Shown piece by piece: positions 10,377 through 20,591 of a stretch of DNA of 64,000 nt. Position numbers and translations under genes: made by a program. Position 1 is the first letter of the stretch, and each line of letters opens with the position of its first letter. Under the pieces are notes generated by a model. That model saw only the letters and a list, made by a program, of their open reading frames with translations. It did not search any database and was not told the DNA's origin. Source of the stretch: a virus; IMG/VR virus record IMGVR_UViG_3300032291_003205, positions 1 through 64,000 of that record; one strand, written 5' to 3'.

Positions 10377-11084
10377 ATGAAAGTATGTACTAAATGTAAA
10401 GAAGAAAAAAACCTATTTGATTTCCCTAAGAATAAAAGAAAAAATGATGGATACCACTACCAGTGTAAGGTTTGTGTAAATAATACCTCCAAAACATACC
10501 ATCAAAATAATAAAGAAAAAAGAAATAAATATATAAAACAGTATCAAAATTTATCTAAAGATCAAATTAAAGAATACCAACAGTTCTGGTATTTGGGTAA
10601 TAAAGAAAAATTAAAAAATATATACGATTCTAAAAAAGAAACTAAATTATTATATCAAAAAGAATATTATCAAAATAATAAAGAAAAAAGAAATGAATAT
10701 TTAAAACATTATCATAAAAATAAATACAATAATGATATTGATTTTAAATTAAGTATTTCTTTTAGAACTAGAATTATTGCTGCTTTAAAGGGAAATTTTA
10801 AGGAAGATAAAACTTTTAGTCTTTTAGGTTGTAATATTAAAGAATTTAAATTATATTTAGAAACACAATTTTTAAAAGAGATGAATTGGGATAACCATGG
10901 ATATATTTGGGAAATAGATCATATAAAACCTTGTGCTATGTTTAATTTATCTGACCCTAAACAACAAAAGGAATGCTTTCATTATACAAACCACCAACCT
11001 CTTTTTAAAACAACAGAAATAGCAAAATCTTTTGGTTATAAAAATTATATAGGAAACAGAAATAAATTTAAAAACAAGTTATGA
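10377..11084 (+). CDS. HNH-type free-standing endonuclease
   Basis: N-terminal CTKC/CKVC, K/Y-rich helical repeats, WEIDHIKP...CFHYTNHQPL. Confidence 0.85.
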   Translation: MKVCTKCKEEKNLFDFPKNKRKNDGYHYQCKVCVNNTSKTYHQNNKEKRNKYIKQYQNLSKDQIKEYQQFWYLGNKEKLKNIYDSKKETKLLYQKEYYQNNKEKRNEYLKHYHKNKYNNDIDFKLSISFRTRIIAALKGNFKEDKTFSLLGCNIKEFKLYLETQFLKEMNWDNHGYIWEIDHIKPCAMFNLSDPKQQKECFHYTNHQPLFKTTEIAKSFGYKNYIGNRNKFKNKL

Positions 11085-11329
11085 CAAAAAACAGCGATTT
11101 AGGAATTGTAGGGAAACACCCTGAAATAAGAACAGTTATTAAAACAGACTCAGTAGTTGATTCTATTGTTGATAGTTTTATCTCAAGAGCAGCCCAAGGT
11201 AAAGAAAAATATGGACATACCTTAGACAGACAGGATTTATCAGTATTAGACTGGATCAATCATGCTCAGCAAGAACTTCAAGATGGTATTTTATATCTTG
11301 AAAAACTAAAACAAACCTTAGGTGGCTAA
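11081..11329 (+). CDS. Conserved phage protein, possibly all-alpha NTP pyrophosphatase-like
   Basis: GKEKYGHTLDRQDL..LDWINHAQQELQDGILY. Confidence 0.5.
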   Translation: MTKNSDLGIVGKHPEIRTVIKTDSVVDSIVDSFISRAAQGKEKYGHTLDRQDLSVLDWINHAQQELQDGILYLEKLKQTLGG

Positions 11330-12275
11330 GAAGAAAAAAATACCTGCTATTGTAAAACAGATACAAAAGCAACCTGTTAAGGAAGTTAACTATGCGTTTC
11401 ATAAATCGATCTCGTATAGTCAACTTTCTATGTATACTAACTGTCCACGCAAATGGGCTTTACAGTATAGAGACGGTCATTACACGTCTGAGGCATCGAT
11501 TCACATGACGTTTGGTACAGCGTTGCACGAAACCTTACAACATTATATAACAACTATATACGAGGTAAGTGGTGCTGAAGCCGACAGAATTGATTTAGAT
11601 GCTTATTTTGAGGAACGTTTTAGAGAAACATACTTAAAGGATTATAAGTCAAATAAAAAAGTACACTTTAGTGACCCGGTCCAAATGAAGGAATTTTATG
11701 AAGATGGACTTGAAATTATTAAAGTTGTAAAGAAAAATAGAGGTGGCCATTTTGGTAAAAGAGGATGGTATTTAATAGGCTGTGAAGTACCTATTATTTT
11801 AACTCCACTACCTGAATTCAATAATGTTTTATACAAAGGTTATTTGGATGTTGTTTTATATCATGAACCAACTAATAGTTTTAAAATCCTAGATATTAAA
11901 ACATCTACTAAGGGTTGGAGCGATTACGAGAAAAAAGATGAAACAAAACAATTCCAATTAATACTTTACAAACACTTCTTTGCTAAACAATTTGGAGTTG
12001 AAGTTGATAAAATTGATATTGAATTCTTTATTGTTAAGCGTAAACTATGGGAAAATTCCCCATACCCACTATCCAGAATACAAGAGTTTACTCCAGCCTC
12101 TGGTAAAGTAAAATTAAATAAAGCAGTAAATGCTGTAACAAGTTTTATAGAAGGTGTATTTAACACAAACGGTTCTTACAAAGATATAGTTCATGAACCT
12201 AATCCTACTCTCAGTACTTGTAAATACTGTCCTTTTAAAGATAACAAAGAATTATGTAATAAAGGTATATCTTAA
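11322..12275 (+). CDS. PD-(D/E)XK nuclease (RecB/Cas4-like)
   Basis: ISYSQ..YTNCP, FGTALHE, KGYLD..ILDIKTS, QLILY, CKYCPF..LC. Confidence 0.9.
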   Translation: MAKKKKIPAIVKQIQKQPVKEVNYAFHKSISYSQLSMYTNCPRKWALQYRDGHYTSEASIHMTFGTALHETLQHYITTIYEVSGAEADRIDLDAYFEERFRETYLKDYKSNKKVHFSDPVQMKEFYEDGLEIIKVVKKNRGGHFGKRGWYLIGCEVPIILTPLPEFNNVLYKGYLDVVLYHEPTNSFKILDIKTSTKGWSDYEKKDETKQFQLILYKHFFAKQFGVEVDKIDIEFFIVKRKLWENSPYPLSRIQEFTPASGKVKLNKAVNAVTSFIEGVFNTNGSYKDIVHEPNPTLSTCKYCPFKDNKELCNKGIS

Positions 12276-12319
12276 GGGATCTACATATATTTATATATAA
12301 CAAAAAAATAATAAAAGCT

Positions 12320-12514
12320 ATGACAAATAAAAAGGATATGACATTAACCTCTGTGAAAGTACAGAGCGAGTTATTCGAGGATTTCAAGATTGCATGTGTT
12401 AAGTACAAATTTTCTTTACAAAAACTTGCCGACCGCACTATTCATTTGTATCTTACAGATGATGATTTTCGTAAAAAAGTTCACTCACACAACAACCTAG
12501 AAATTAAAAACTAA
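12320..12514 (+). CDS. Small putative ribbon-helix-helix DNA-binding protein
   Basis: LTSVKV strand followed by two predicted helices. Confidence 0.5.
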   Translation: MTNKKDMTLTSVKVQSELFEDFKIACVKYKFSLQKLADRTIHLYLTDDDFRKKVHSHNNLEIKN

Positions 12515-12521
12515 AAAACAC

Positions 12522-13958
12522 ATGAATTCAAGTTTTGCTTACTTACCTCCTGAAAAGAGGAAGAAAATTTTGCTTATTTGTGATGACATTAGAGTTCACT
12601 CTGGTGTAGCAACAGTAGGTAGAGAAATCGTAGTCCATACTGCCCAACATTTCAATTGGGTAAATATTGGAGGAGCTATTAAACACCCAGACAATGGAAA
12701 ACGTTTAGATTTATCACAATCAACAAACGAAAACACAGGTCTAACAGATACATCTGTTACTTTGTATCCTGTTGATGAGTATGGTAATCCAGACATTTTA
12801 AGACAATTAATTAAAATCGAGAAACCAGATGCAATTATGTTGATTACGGATCCTCGTTATTTTGTTTGGTTGTTTATGATGGAAAACGAAATCCGTAGAA
12901 CAATCCCAATTACCTATTTAAATATTTGGGATGATTATCCAGCACCTTTGTATAACAAACCATTCTATGAGGCCTGTGATTTGTTAATGGGTATTTCAAA
13001 ACAAACAGTTAACATCAATAGATTAGTATTAGGTGATGCTGCCGATAGTAGGATTCTTAAGTATATTCCTCATGGATTGAATCATGATATTTATAAACCT
13101 TTAGATAAAAATGATTCTACTTTAAAGGAATTTAAAAAGAACTTATTTAAAGGTAAAGACTATGATTTTGCTTTATTGTTTAACTCTAGAAACATCAGAC
13201 GTAAACAGATTCCAGATACATTATTAGCATACAGAATTTTTATTGATCAATTATCTATTGAACAAGCTAAAAAATGTTGTTTAGTATTACATACAGAACG
13301 AGTTAACGAACATGGTACTGATTTAGATGCTGTTATTGAGTTGTTATTAAATGGTGAACAATACAATGTTATTTTCACAGATGCTAGATTTGATAACGGA
13401 CAAATGAATATGTTGTATAATAGTACGGATGCTCAAATCTTATTAACATCTAATGAGGGTTGGGGATTAAGTTTAACTGAAGCCATGCTAGCAGGTAAAC
13501 CTATTATTGCAAACGTAACAGGTGGTATGCAAGACCAAATGAGATTTGAAGATGAAAATGGAAACTGGTACACACCATCTCCAGAAATTCCTTCAAACCA
13601 TAGAGGTACCTATAAAAAACACGGTAAATGGGCTTTTCCAGTATACCCAACATCACGTTCAATTGTTGGTTCACCTCCAACACCTTATATTTTTGATGAC
13701 AGGTGTGAGGCAGAAGATGCATCTAAACAAATTATGAATGTTTATAACTTATCTCCTGAAGAACGTGCTGAATTAGGTTTAGCAGGTAGAGAATGGGCTA
13801 TTGGAGAGGAAGCAGGATTTACAGGTGATCATCAAGGTAAGAGAGTAATAGAGGCATTTGATGAATTATTTGCAACCTGGAAGCCAAGAGAAAAATATGA
13901 ATTAATCAACACAAACGAAGTTAAAGATAGAGTTATAAACCATAAATTGTTATATTAA
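12522..13958 (+). CDS. GT-B glycosyltransferase (GT4-like)
   Basis: RNIRRK and SNEGWGLSLTEAMLAGKPII. Confidence 0.9.
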   Translation: MNSSFAYLPPEKRKKILLICDDIRVHSGVATVGREIVVHTAQHFNWVNIGGAIKHPDNGKRLDLSQSTNENTGLTDTSVTLYPVDEYGNPDILRQLIKIEKPDAIMLITDPRYFVWLFMMENEIRRTIPITYLNIWDDYPAPLYNKPFYEACDLLMGISKQTVNINRLVLGDAADSRILKYIPHGLNHDIYKPLDKNDSTLKEFKKNLFKGKDYDFALLFNSRNIRRKQIPDTLLAYRIFIDQLSIEQAKKCCLVLHTERVNEHGTDLDAVIELLLNGEQYNVIFTDARFDNGQMNMLYNSTDAQILLTSNEGWGLSLTEAMLAGKPIIANVTGGMQDQMRFEDENGNWYTPSPEIPSNHRGTYKKHGKWAFPVYPTSRSIVGSPPTPYIFDDRCEAEDASKQIMNVYNLSPEERAELGLAGREWAIGEEAGFTGDHQGKRVIEAFDELFATWKPREKYELINTNEVKDRVINHKLLY

Positions 13959-15265
13959 TGAAACCATTATTTATTATAAGTTGCCCTTTTGACACCTACA
14001 GTGGCTACGGTGCTCGTTCAAGAGATTTAGTTAAAGCCATTATTGAAACAGACAAATATGAGGTAAAACTTTTATCTCAAAGATGGGGTGCTACACCTTT
14101 TGGATTTTGTGATGCTAATCCTGAGTGGTCATTTTTAATGAACCATGCTTTAAATTCCCCTCAATTACCAAAACAACCAGAAATTTGGATGCAAATTACA
14201 GTACCAAATGAATTCCAACCTATTGGAAAATTTAATATTGGTTGTACAGCAGGTATTGAAAGCAATGCTTGTCCTGGAGATTGGATTGAAGGTATTAATA
14301 GAATGGATTTAACTCTAACATCATCAGAACACTCTAAAAAAGTATTTTTAGATTCTACATTTGAAAAAAGAAATAAACAAACAAATGCTTTAGAAGGTGA
14401 AGTTAAATTAGAAAAACCCGTTGAAGTATTATTTGAAGGTGCTGATACAGACATTTACAAAGTAATTGAATCACACCAAATTAAAAATATCAACTTAGAT
14501 TCTATTAAAGAAAAATTTGCTTACTTGTTTGTAGGTCACTGGATGGAAGGTGATTTAGGTGAGGATAGAAAAAATGTAGGTTTATTGGTTAAAGCGTTTT
14601 TTGAAACATTTAAAAACAAAGCCAACAAACCAGCCTTAATTTTAAAAACAGCTCAAGTAGGTTCATCTTATTATGATAGAGAAGAACTTTTAAAGAAAAT
14701 TAAGAAAATCAGAAAATCAGTAGGTTCAGACAACGTACCAAATGTTTATTTGTTGTGTGGTGATTTTAGTGATTCAGAAATGAATGAACTTTATAACCAT
14801 CCAAAAGTAAAATCTATGATTAGTTTAACTAAAGGTGAAGGTTATGGACGTCCATTGTTAGAATTTACTTTAACTAAAAAACCATTAATTACTACAGGAT
14901 GGTCAGGACATATGGATTTCTTAAATCCTGAGTTTACTAACTTATTAGGTGGTACATTAACCCCTGTACATCCAAGTACTAAAAACCAATTCTTAATTCC
15001 AGATTCAAGATGGTTTTCACCAGATCCAGCCCAAGTAGGTTTTTATTTAAAAGATGTATTTGAAAATTATAAAAAATACACTGATAAAGCAAAACGTCAA
15101 TCATTTAAATCTAAAAGTGAATTTAGTTGGGACAAAATGGTTGATAAAACAAACGAATTACTTACTAAATATGTACCTGAATTTCCTCAAGAGGTAGAAC
15201 TTAAACTACCTACTATGAAGAAAATTGAAATACCAAAACTTAAAAACTTAAATACAAATGGATAA
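13958..15265 (+). CDS. GT-B glycosyltransferase (GT4-like)
   Basis: SGYGARSRD, DRKN, KGEGYGRPLLE, TGWSGHMDF. Confidence 0.88.
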   Translation: MKPLFIISCPFDTYSGYGARSRDLVKAIIETDKYEVKLLSQRWGATPFGFCDANPEWSFLMNHALNSPQLPKQPEIWMQITVPNEFQPIGKFNIGCTAGIESNACPGDWIEGINRMDLTLTSSEHSKKVFLDSTFEKRNKQTNALEGEVKLEKPVEVLFEGADTDIYKVIESHQIKNINLDSIKEKFAYLFVGHWMEGDLGEDRKNVGLLVKAFFETFKNKANKPALILKTAQVGSSYYDREELLKKIKKIRKSVGSDNVPNVYLLCGDFSDSEMNELYNHPKVKSMISLTKGEGYGRPLLEFTLTKKPLITTGWSGHMDFLNPEFTNLLGGTLTPVHPSTKNQFLIPDSRWFSPDPAQVGFYLKDVFENYKKYTDKAKRQSFKSKSEFSWDKMVDKTNELLTKYVPEFPQEVELKLPTMKKIEIPKLKNLNTNG

Positions 15266-15713
15266 TCTAATTAATTGTACTCGATGTGGTTCTGATGCTT
15301 GTTATGTAGATGAAGTAAACCAGGACATTAAAACATATTTTTGTTATGGGTGTGGTTTTCAAACTAACTCATTAATGAAAGAAGGTGAAGAATTCTATGA
15401 ACAACAAATAGCTCTTTTACCTGAACTCTATAAGGATTTACTTTATACAGATGAAAATGGACTAATTTGGATGCCTTCAACAGTAAATGTTCCTACTCAA
15501 GGAATGATATTTGCTAACGGACCTTCTAAAACAGATTGGGGATGGGCAGCTGTAAAAGCAGTTCCTGTAACAGAGGAAGAAAAAGAAAAATATCCAATCC
15601 TCGGAAAAAAAGGAGAATACTATGAATGGAGAATGGATATGACCACACTTCAGATGTTTCTTGAACGTGATTTTATGGAAGCACTTTCATATATTGGAGT
15701 AATACCAGAATGA
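15258..15713 (+). CDS. Zinc-ribbon protein
   Basis: CTRC and CYGC. Confidence 0.7.
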   Translation: MDNLINCTRCGSDACYVDEVNQDIKTYFCYGCGFQTNSLMKEGEEFYEQQIALLPELYKDLLYTDENGLIWMPSTVNVPTQGMIFANGPSKTDWGWAAVKAVPVTEEEKEKYPILGKKGEYYEWRMDMTTLQMFLERDFMEALSYIGVIPE

Positions 15714-16318
15714 TTAGCATAGCAATAACGGTTTGTAACGAACATAAGGAGTTAGAGACTTTATTGGATTATTTATCTGAAAGGGCTCTATCTCCGGATT
15801 ATGAAATTGTTGTTCAGATTGATGAACAGAATCATACACCTGAGGTACTTCATACTATCATAGATAGAGGTATTAAACATCATTTTTTCCCGTTAAATAA
15901 AGATTTTGCTTCTTATAAAAATGAGCTAATTAAACATTGTTTAGGAGAATATATCTTTCAAATAGATGCTGATGAAATACCAAATCCTGAGTTACTTACT
16001 ATGTTACCTAGTATTTTAAAAAGTAATCCGGATGTAGATGTATATTTAGTTCCTCGAATTAATACTGTAAGTGGTATCACCGAGGAACACATCCAGAAAT
16101 GGAGATGGAATGTAGAAGGTGATAGAATAAATTTTCCTGATTATCAATGGAGAGTTTATAAAAACATCCCAACAATAAAATGGATAAATAAAGTACACGA
16201 ACGCTTGGATGGGTTTAAAATTTATAGTACATTACCTCCCCAAGATGAATTTTGTTTACTTCATCCAAAAACAATTGAACGACAAGAAAAACAAAACAAT
16301 TTTTACAACACGTTATGA
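15710..16318 (+). CDS. GT2 glycosyltransferase
   Basis: ISIAITVCNE, IDADE, PDYQWR, KVHE. Confidence 0.88.
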   Translation: MISIAITVCNEHKELETLLDYLSERALSPDYEIVVQIDEQNHTPEVLHTIIDRGIKHHFFPLNKDFASYKNELIKHCLGEYIFQIDADEIPNPELLTMLPSILKSNPDVDVYLVPRINTVSGITEEHIQKWRWNVEGDRINFPDYQWRVYKNIPTIKWINKVHERLDGFKIYSTLPPQDEFCLLHPKTIERQEKQNNFYNTL

Positions 16319-16755
16319 TATATTGGTTTACAGGACAACCAGGACATGGTAAGACAGTTTTAGCGACTGCTTTTAAAGAATATTTAAATAATAAGTGTTT
16401 CCATATTGATGGAGATGATATTAGAGAAATTTTTGATAATAAAGATTACTCGGAGGCAGGTCGTAGAAAAAATATTGAACTGGCTCAACATTTATCTCAT
16501 TTTTTACACAGAAAAGGACAAAACGTTGTTGTATCTTTAGTATCACCTTATAAAGACCAAAGAGATGCTTTTAAACATAAACTAGGAAAAGGCGTTTTAG
16601 AATATTATATTCACACTACTGATATTAGAGGTAGAGAAGATTATCATGTTGATGGATATGAAGCACCTACCGAAGATTTTTGTGGTATAGATACAACAAA
16701 CATTTCACCTTTAGATAGTTTAAAACAAATTATTAGTTATGCAAAATTGGGATAA
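16315..16755 (+). CDS. cysC: Adenylyl-sulfate (APS) kinase-like
   Basis: WFTGQPGHGKT P-loop, IDGDDIR, DYSEAGR..NI, VSLVSPY, YEAP. Confidence 0.8.
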   Translation: MIYWFTGQPGHGKTVLATAFKEYLNNKCFHIDGDDIREIFDNKDYSEAGRRKNIELAQHLSHFLHRKGQNVVVSLVSPYKDQRDAFKHKLGKGVLEYYIHTTDIRGREDYHVDGYEAPTEDFCGIDTTNISPLDSLKQIISYAKLG

Positions 16756-17134
16756 AAAAATCCATGTACAATCTTCTTTATCTCCTAAAGAAGGACAACA
16801 CGCTATGTTTGTAGGTAGGTGGCAACCACTACATACAGGACATCAAGAACTATTTAAACGAGCAATGGATGAAGGTAAGAATGTTTTGATTTGTATTAGA
16901 GATATCCAACCAGATGAAAAGAACCCATTTACGGCCCAACAAGTATTAGAAAACATTACTGAGTTTTATCAAAATGAACCTCGAGTTACAGTAATGGTCA
17001 TTCCTGATATTTGTTCAATTGAATTTGGACGTGGTGTTGGTTATGATATTATTGAACATGTTCCCCCTACAGTAATTGGAGAAATTTCTGCTACCAAAAT
17101 TAGAGAACAAATGAAAGCCGAAGGTAAGTTATGA
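16739..17134 (+). CDS. HxGH nucleotidyltransferase (cytidylyltransferase-like)
   Basis: GRWQPLHTGH, NPF, ISATKIR. Confidence 0.85.
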   Translation: MQNWDKKIHVQSSLSPKEGQHAMFVGRWQPLHTGHQELFKRAMDEGKNVLICIRDIQPDEKNPFTAQQVLENITEFYQNEPRVTVMVIPDICSIEFGRGVGYDIIEHVPPTVIGEISATKIREQMKAEGKL

Positions 17135-17568
17135 GCACTTCAAAAATATACCAGATAAGATTTAATACTGTATCTAAAGATGATACCGAAAGGTGGAGAC
17201 TAATTGAAAACGGCAATGAAACATTAGTAGCAAACATTATTATTGATGGTTCTACTTATACAACTAAAGACTGGATGGAAGAAATTCAGGATTATAAGTG
17301 GCATGTTACTTGTGAGGGTCATTGTGAAGTAAAAAACAATATTGCTTACATTAAAACAGTTAAAGAAAAATCAGTATTAAAAAGACATATCCTAAAAGCA
17401 ATTTCATGGAGAGCAATTGGTACTATTGATACTATGATTTTGGGTTGGATTATTACTGGAAACCCTTTACTAGGTTTAAAAATTGGAGCATTAGAAGTTT
17501 TAACTAAAATGACTCTATACTTTCTTCATGAAAGAATTTGGTACAAATACGTTAAAATTAAAAAATGA
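17131..17568 (+). CDS. Protein with C-terminal DUF2061-like membrane domain
   Basis: KAISWRAIGTIDT...LYFLHERIW. Confidence 0.75.
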   Translation: MSTSKIYQIRFNTVSKDDTERWRLIENGNETLVANIIIDGSTYTTKDWMEEIQDYKWHVTCEGHCEVKNNIAYIKTVKEKSVLKRHILKAISWRAIGTIDTMILGWIITGNPLLGLKIGALEVLTKMTLYFLHERIWYKYVKIKK

Positions 17569-18377
17569 AATTAAAAGTAGCTCACTTTGATAAACAGGTT
17601 TTTGAAGATAAATTACAACATTTATCTCACCTGGATTTTTCTTTATTTATAGAAACAGCTCCTCAATCACAAGATGAGTTGTCTGATCTGAACATTATCT
17701 CATTCCAGGAACCAAATGAATATTTTGGACTACATGATTGGGTTATTAAGAACCAACATATATTTTCAGTTATCTTAACTCAAAATGATAAAGTATTAAA
17801 CAACTGTGATAATGCCACTTATCAACCTTTTGGACACACTTGGTTAAAACCAGACCAATACAATAAAGATCATGAGAAAAAATTTCAATTATCTCATTTG
17901 TGTGGTAAATTAAATAAAACATACGGTCATTCTTTAAGACACGAAACACTAGCCAGACAAAATGAGTTTAGTATTCCTCTTAATTTTTATGAAACTTATG
18001 GGGATCGAAACAATATTGAGGATGCTCGTTTAGGTAAAGAATTTATATTTGGAGATTCACAGTTTGGAGTAGTAATTGAAAATACTTCTTATAGAGGTTA
18101 TTTTACCGAAAAAATATTAGACTGTTTTTTATTGAAGACAATTCCGATTTACTGGGGTTGTTCGAACATAGGGGATTATTTTGATATAGACGGTATTATA
18201 ACGGTTAATAACGTAGATGATTTGATATACAAGACAAATCAATTAAATGAACGTTATTACGAAAATAGAAAAGAAATAATTGAGAAAAATTGGAAATTGG
18301 CTTTAGATTACGTAGATTACCAGCAAAACATAGTTAACACAATCACAAACATTTTTAAACACAACAAATTAATATGA
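17565..18377 (+). CDS. GT10 (fucosyltransferase)-like glycosyltransferase
   Basis: IENT..RGYFTEKILDCF..TIPIYWG. Confidence 0.8.
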   Translation: MKLKVAHFDKQVFEDKLQHLSHLDFSLFIETAPQSQDELSDLNIISFQEPNEYFGLHDWVIKNQHIFSVILTQNDKVLNNCDNATYQPFGHTWLKPDQYNKDHEKKFQLSHLCGKLNKTYGHSLRHETLARQNEFSIPLNFYETYGDRNNIEDARLGKEFIFGDSQFGVVIENTSYRGYFTEKILDCFLLKTIPIYWGCSNIGDYFDIDGIITVNNVDDLIYKTNQLNERYYENRKEIIEKNWKLALDYVDYQQNIVNTITNIFKHNKLI

Positions 18378-19516
18378 AAAAAGTATGGTACGCCCCTTAT
18401 AAGTTTGAATCTTATGGGGAAGAAGAAATTAAAGCCGTAGAGGAATCATTACGTTCTGGATGGCTTGGAGGACAAGGTCCTAAATCAGTAGAATTTGAAG
18501 AAAAAATTGCTAAACGTTTTGGAAAAAAATATGGTGTGTTTGTTAATTCAGGCTCATCAGCATGTTTATTAGCTTTAGCAAGTTTGCAGTTACCTAAAGG
18601 TACTAAAGTAATTACACCAGCTTGTACTTTTTCAACTACATTAGCTCCTATTGTCCAATTAGGACTTAGACCTGTATTTGTTGATGTAGGACTAAACGAT
18701 TATGTAGCTAATATTGATCAAGTAATAGAGGCTGTTACTCCTGATGTAAAAGTAATTATGCTACCTAATCTAATTGGTAACAAACCAGATTGGAAAAAAC
18801 TTAAGAATGATTTAAAATTCTTAGGTAGACCTGATGTTATTTTAATTGAAGACTCAGCAGATACAGTTACTTATACTTCTGAATCAGATATTTCTACTAC
18901 CAGTTTTTATGCCTCACACGTTATTACAGCAGGTGGAACAGGTGGGATGGTAATGTTTAATAGTAAAAAATTAGTTACTGTTTGTCTTCAATTTAGAGAT
19001 TGGGGTCGTTTAGGTGGTGATTCTGAAATTATGTCTGATCGTTTTAATCATATAGTTGATGGTATTCCTTATGACCATAAATTCCTATATAGTGTTTTAG
19101 GATATAATTTTAAATCCTCAGAAATGAATGCTGCTTTTGGTTTAGTTCAATTAGAAAAATTTAAAACATTTGAACAAATCCGAAGAGCAAACGTTGAACG
19201 TTATTTAGAAAATCTTAAGGATGTAGAAGAAATTATATTACCTAATGATTCTATCAAACCTAACTGGTTAGCAATTCCAATGCAAACCGAAAGACGTTAT
19301 GAATTACTTAACTTTTTAGAAGATAATAATATTCAAACACGAGTAACATTTGCTGGAAATGTAACACGTCACCCTGCTTATAGAGAATATCTTCAAGACT
19401 TTACCAATTCAGATATTATTATGAAAAATGGTTTCTTGTTAGGTGCACACCATGGAATGACGATTGAGGATGTAGATTACGTTTGTGATAAAATTAAAGA
19501 ATTCTTTAGTAAATGA
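18374..19516 (+). CDS. DegT/DnrJ family PLP enzyme, NDP-4-keto-6-deoxyhexose 3-dehydratase type (RfbH/ColD-like)
   Basis: VNSGSSA, LIEDSAD, SFYASHVIT with His at the usual Lys position, GYNFK. Confidence 0.85.
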   Translation: MKKVWYAPYKFESYGEEEIKAVEESLRSGWLGGQGPKSVEFEEKIAKRFGKKYGVFVNSGSSACLLALASLQLPKGTKVITPACTFSTTLAPIVQLGLRPVFVDVGLNDYVANIDQVIEAVTPDVKVIMLPNLIGNKPDWKKLKNDLKFLGRPDVILIEDSADTVTYTSESDISTTSFYASHVITAGGTGGMVMFNSKKLVTVCLQFRDWGRLGGDSEIMSDRFNHIVDGIPYDHKFLYSVLGYNFKSSEMNAAFGLVQLEKFKTFEQIRRANVERYLENLKDVEEIILPNDSIKPNWLAIPMQTERRYELLNFLEDNNIQTRVTFAGNVTRHPAYREYLQDFTNSDIIMKNGFLLGAHHGMTIEDVDYVCDKIKEFFSK

Positions 19517-20124
19517 TAAATCTAAAAAACCGTATACTAGAAATTGCTTATAAAAATAAATTAAGCCATTTGGGTTCTTATTTATCTAGTTTAAGTATTA
19601 TAGAAGAAATATACAATAAAAAACACCCAGAAGACATATTTATTTTATCTTCTGGACATGCTGCCTTAGCTTTATATGTTATTTTAGAAGCATATGAAGG
19701 AAAAAATGCTGAAGAATTATTTAAAAAACATGGTGGACATCCTCATCGAAATGAAGAGGATGGATTATATTGTTCAACAGGTAGTTTAGGATTAGGCATT
19801 ACTATTGCTGTAGGTAGAGCATTAGCTAATCCTAAAAGAAAAGTATATGTTTTGATTAGTGATGGTGAATGTGCTGAAGGTAGTATATGGGAGGCTTTAA
19901 GGTTTATTCATGATCAAAATATAAAAAATATAGAAGTATATGTAAACATAAATGGATATGCTGCTTATGATAAAGTAGACTCTGAATATTTAACTAATAG
20001 ATTATTAACATTTTTACCTAATATTAATTTAAGATACACATCAGTTAACCAATATCCATTCCTAAAAGGAATAAATGCCCATTATCATGTTATGTCAGAC
20101 GAAGAATACCAATCAACACTATGA
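19513..20124 (+). CDS. Transketolase-like protein, N-terminal TPP-binding subunit
   Basis: SHLGS, LSSGHA, STGSLGLG, SDGECAEGSIWEA. Confidence 0.9.
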   Translation: MINLKNRILEIAYKNKLSHLGSYLSSLSIIEEIYNKKHPEDIFILSSGHAALALYVILEAYEGKNAEELFKKHGGHPHRNEEDGLYCSTGSLGLGITIAVGRALANPKRKVYVLISDGECAEGSIWEALRFIHDQNIKNIEVYVNINGYAAYDKVDSEYLTNRLLTFLPNINLRYTSVNQYPFLKGINAHYHVMSDEEYQSTL

Positions 20125-20591
20125 GAAAAGAATTTGCATCCTTACTACATTCAGCAATGTCTGAAAATGAAAATATTATTTTATTAACTGGAGATTTAGG
20201 TTATGGGTTATGGGATAGAATAAAAATTGATTATCCTGATAGATTTTATAATACATTATCTGCTGAACAATTAATGTTAGGAACAGCTATAGGGATGGCT
20301 ATGGATGGAAAAATACCTGTAGTTTATTCTATTACATCATTTGCAATTTATAGACCTTTTGAATTAATAAGAAACTATTTAAACCATGAAAATATTCCAG
20401 TAAAAATTGTAGGTGGAGGAAGAGATAAAGAATATGGTTACTTAGGTTTTTCTCATTGGGCTGAAGAAGATATTGATATTTTATCTAATTTTAAAAATTT
20501 AAATTTATTTAAACCTAAAGAATTTAACTTAAAACTATTTAATACTTTTATGTTTAATAATAAACCTTCATATTTAAACTTATCTAAATGA
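20121..20591 (+). CDS. Transketolase-like protein, pyrimidine-binding subunit (short)
   Basis: LTGDLG, AEQLMLGTAIGMA, GFSHWAEED. Confidence 0.88.
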   Translation: MRKEFASLLHSAMSENENIILLTGDLGYGLWDRIKIDYPDRFYNTLSAEQLMLGTAIGMAMDGKIPVVYSITSFAIYRPFELIRNYLNHENIPVKIVGGGRDKEYGYLGFSHWAEEDIDILSNFKNLNLFKPKEFNLKLFNTFMFNNKPSYLNLSK

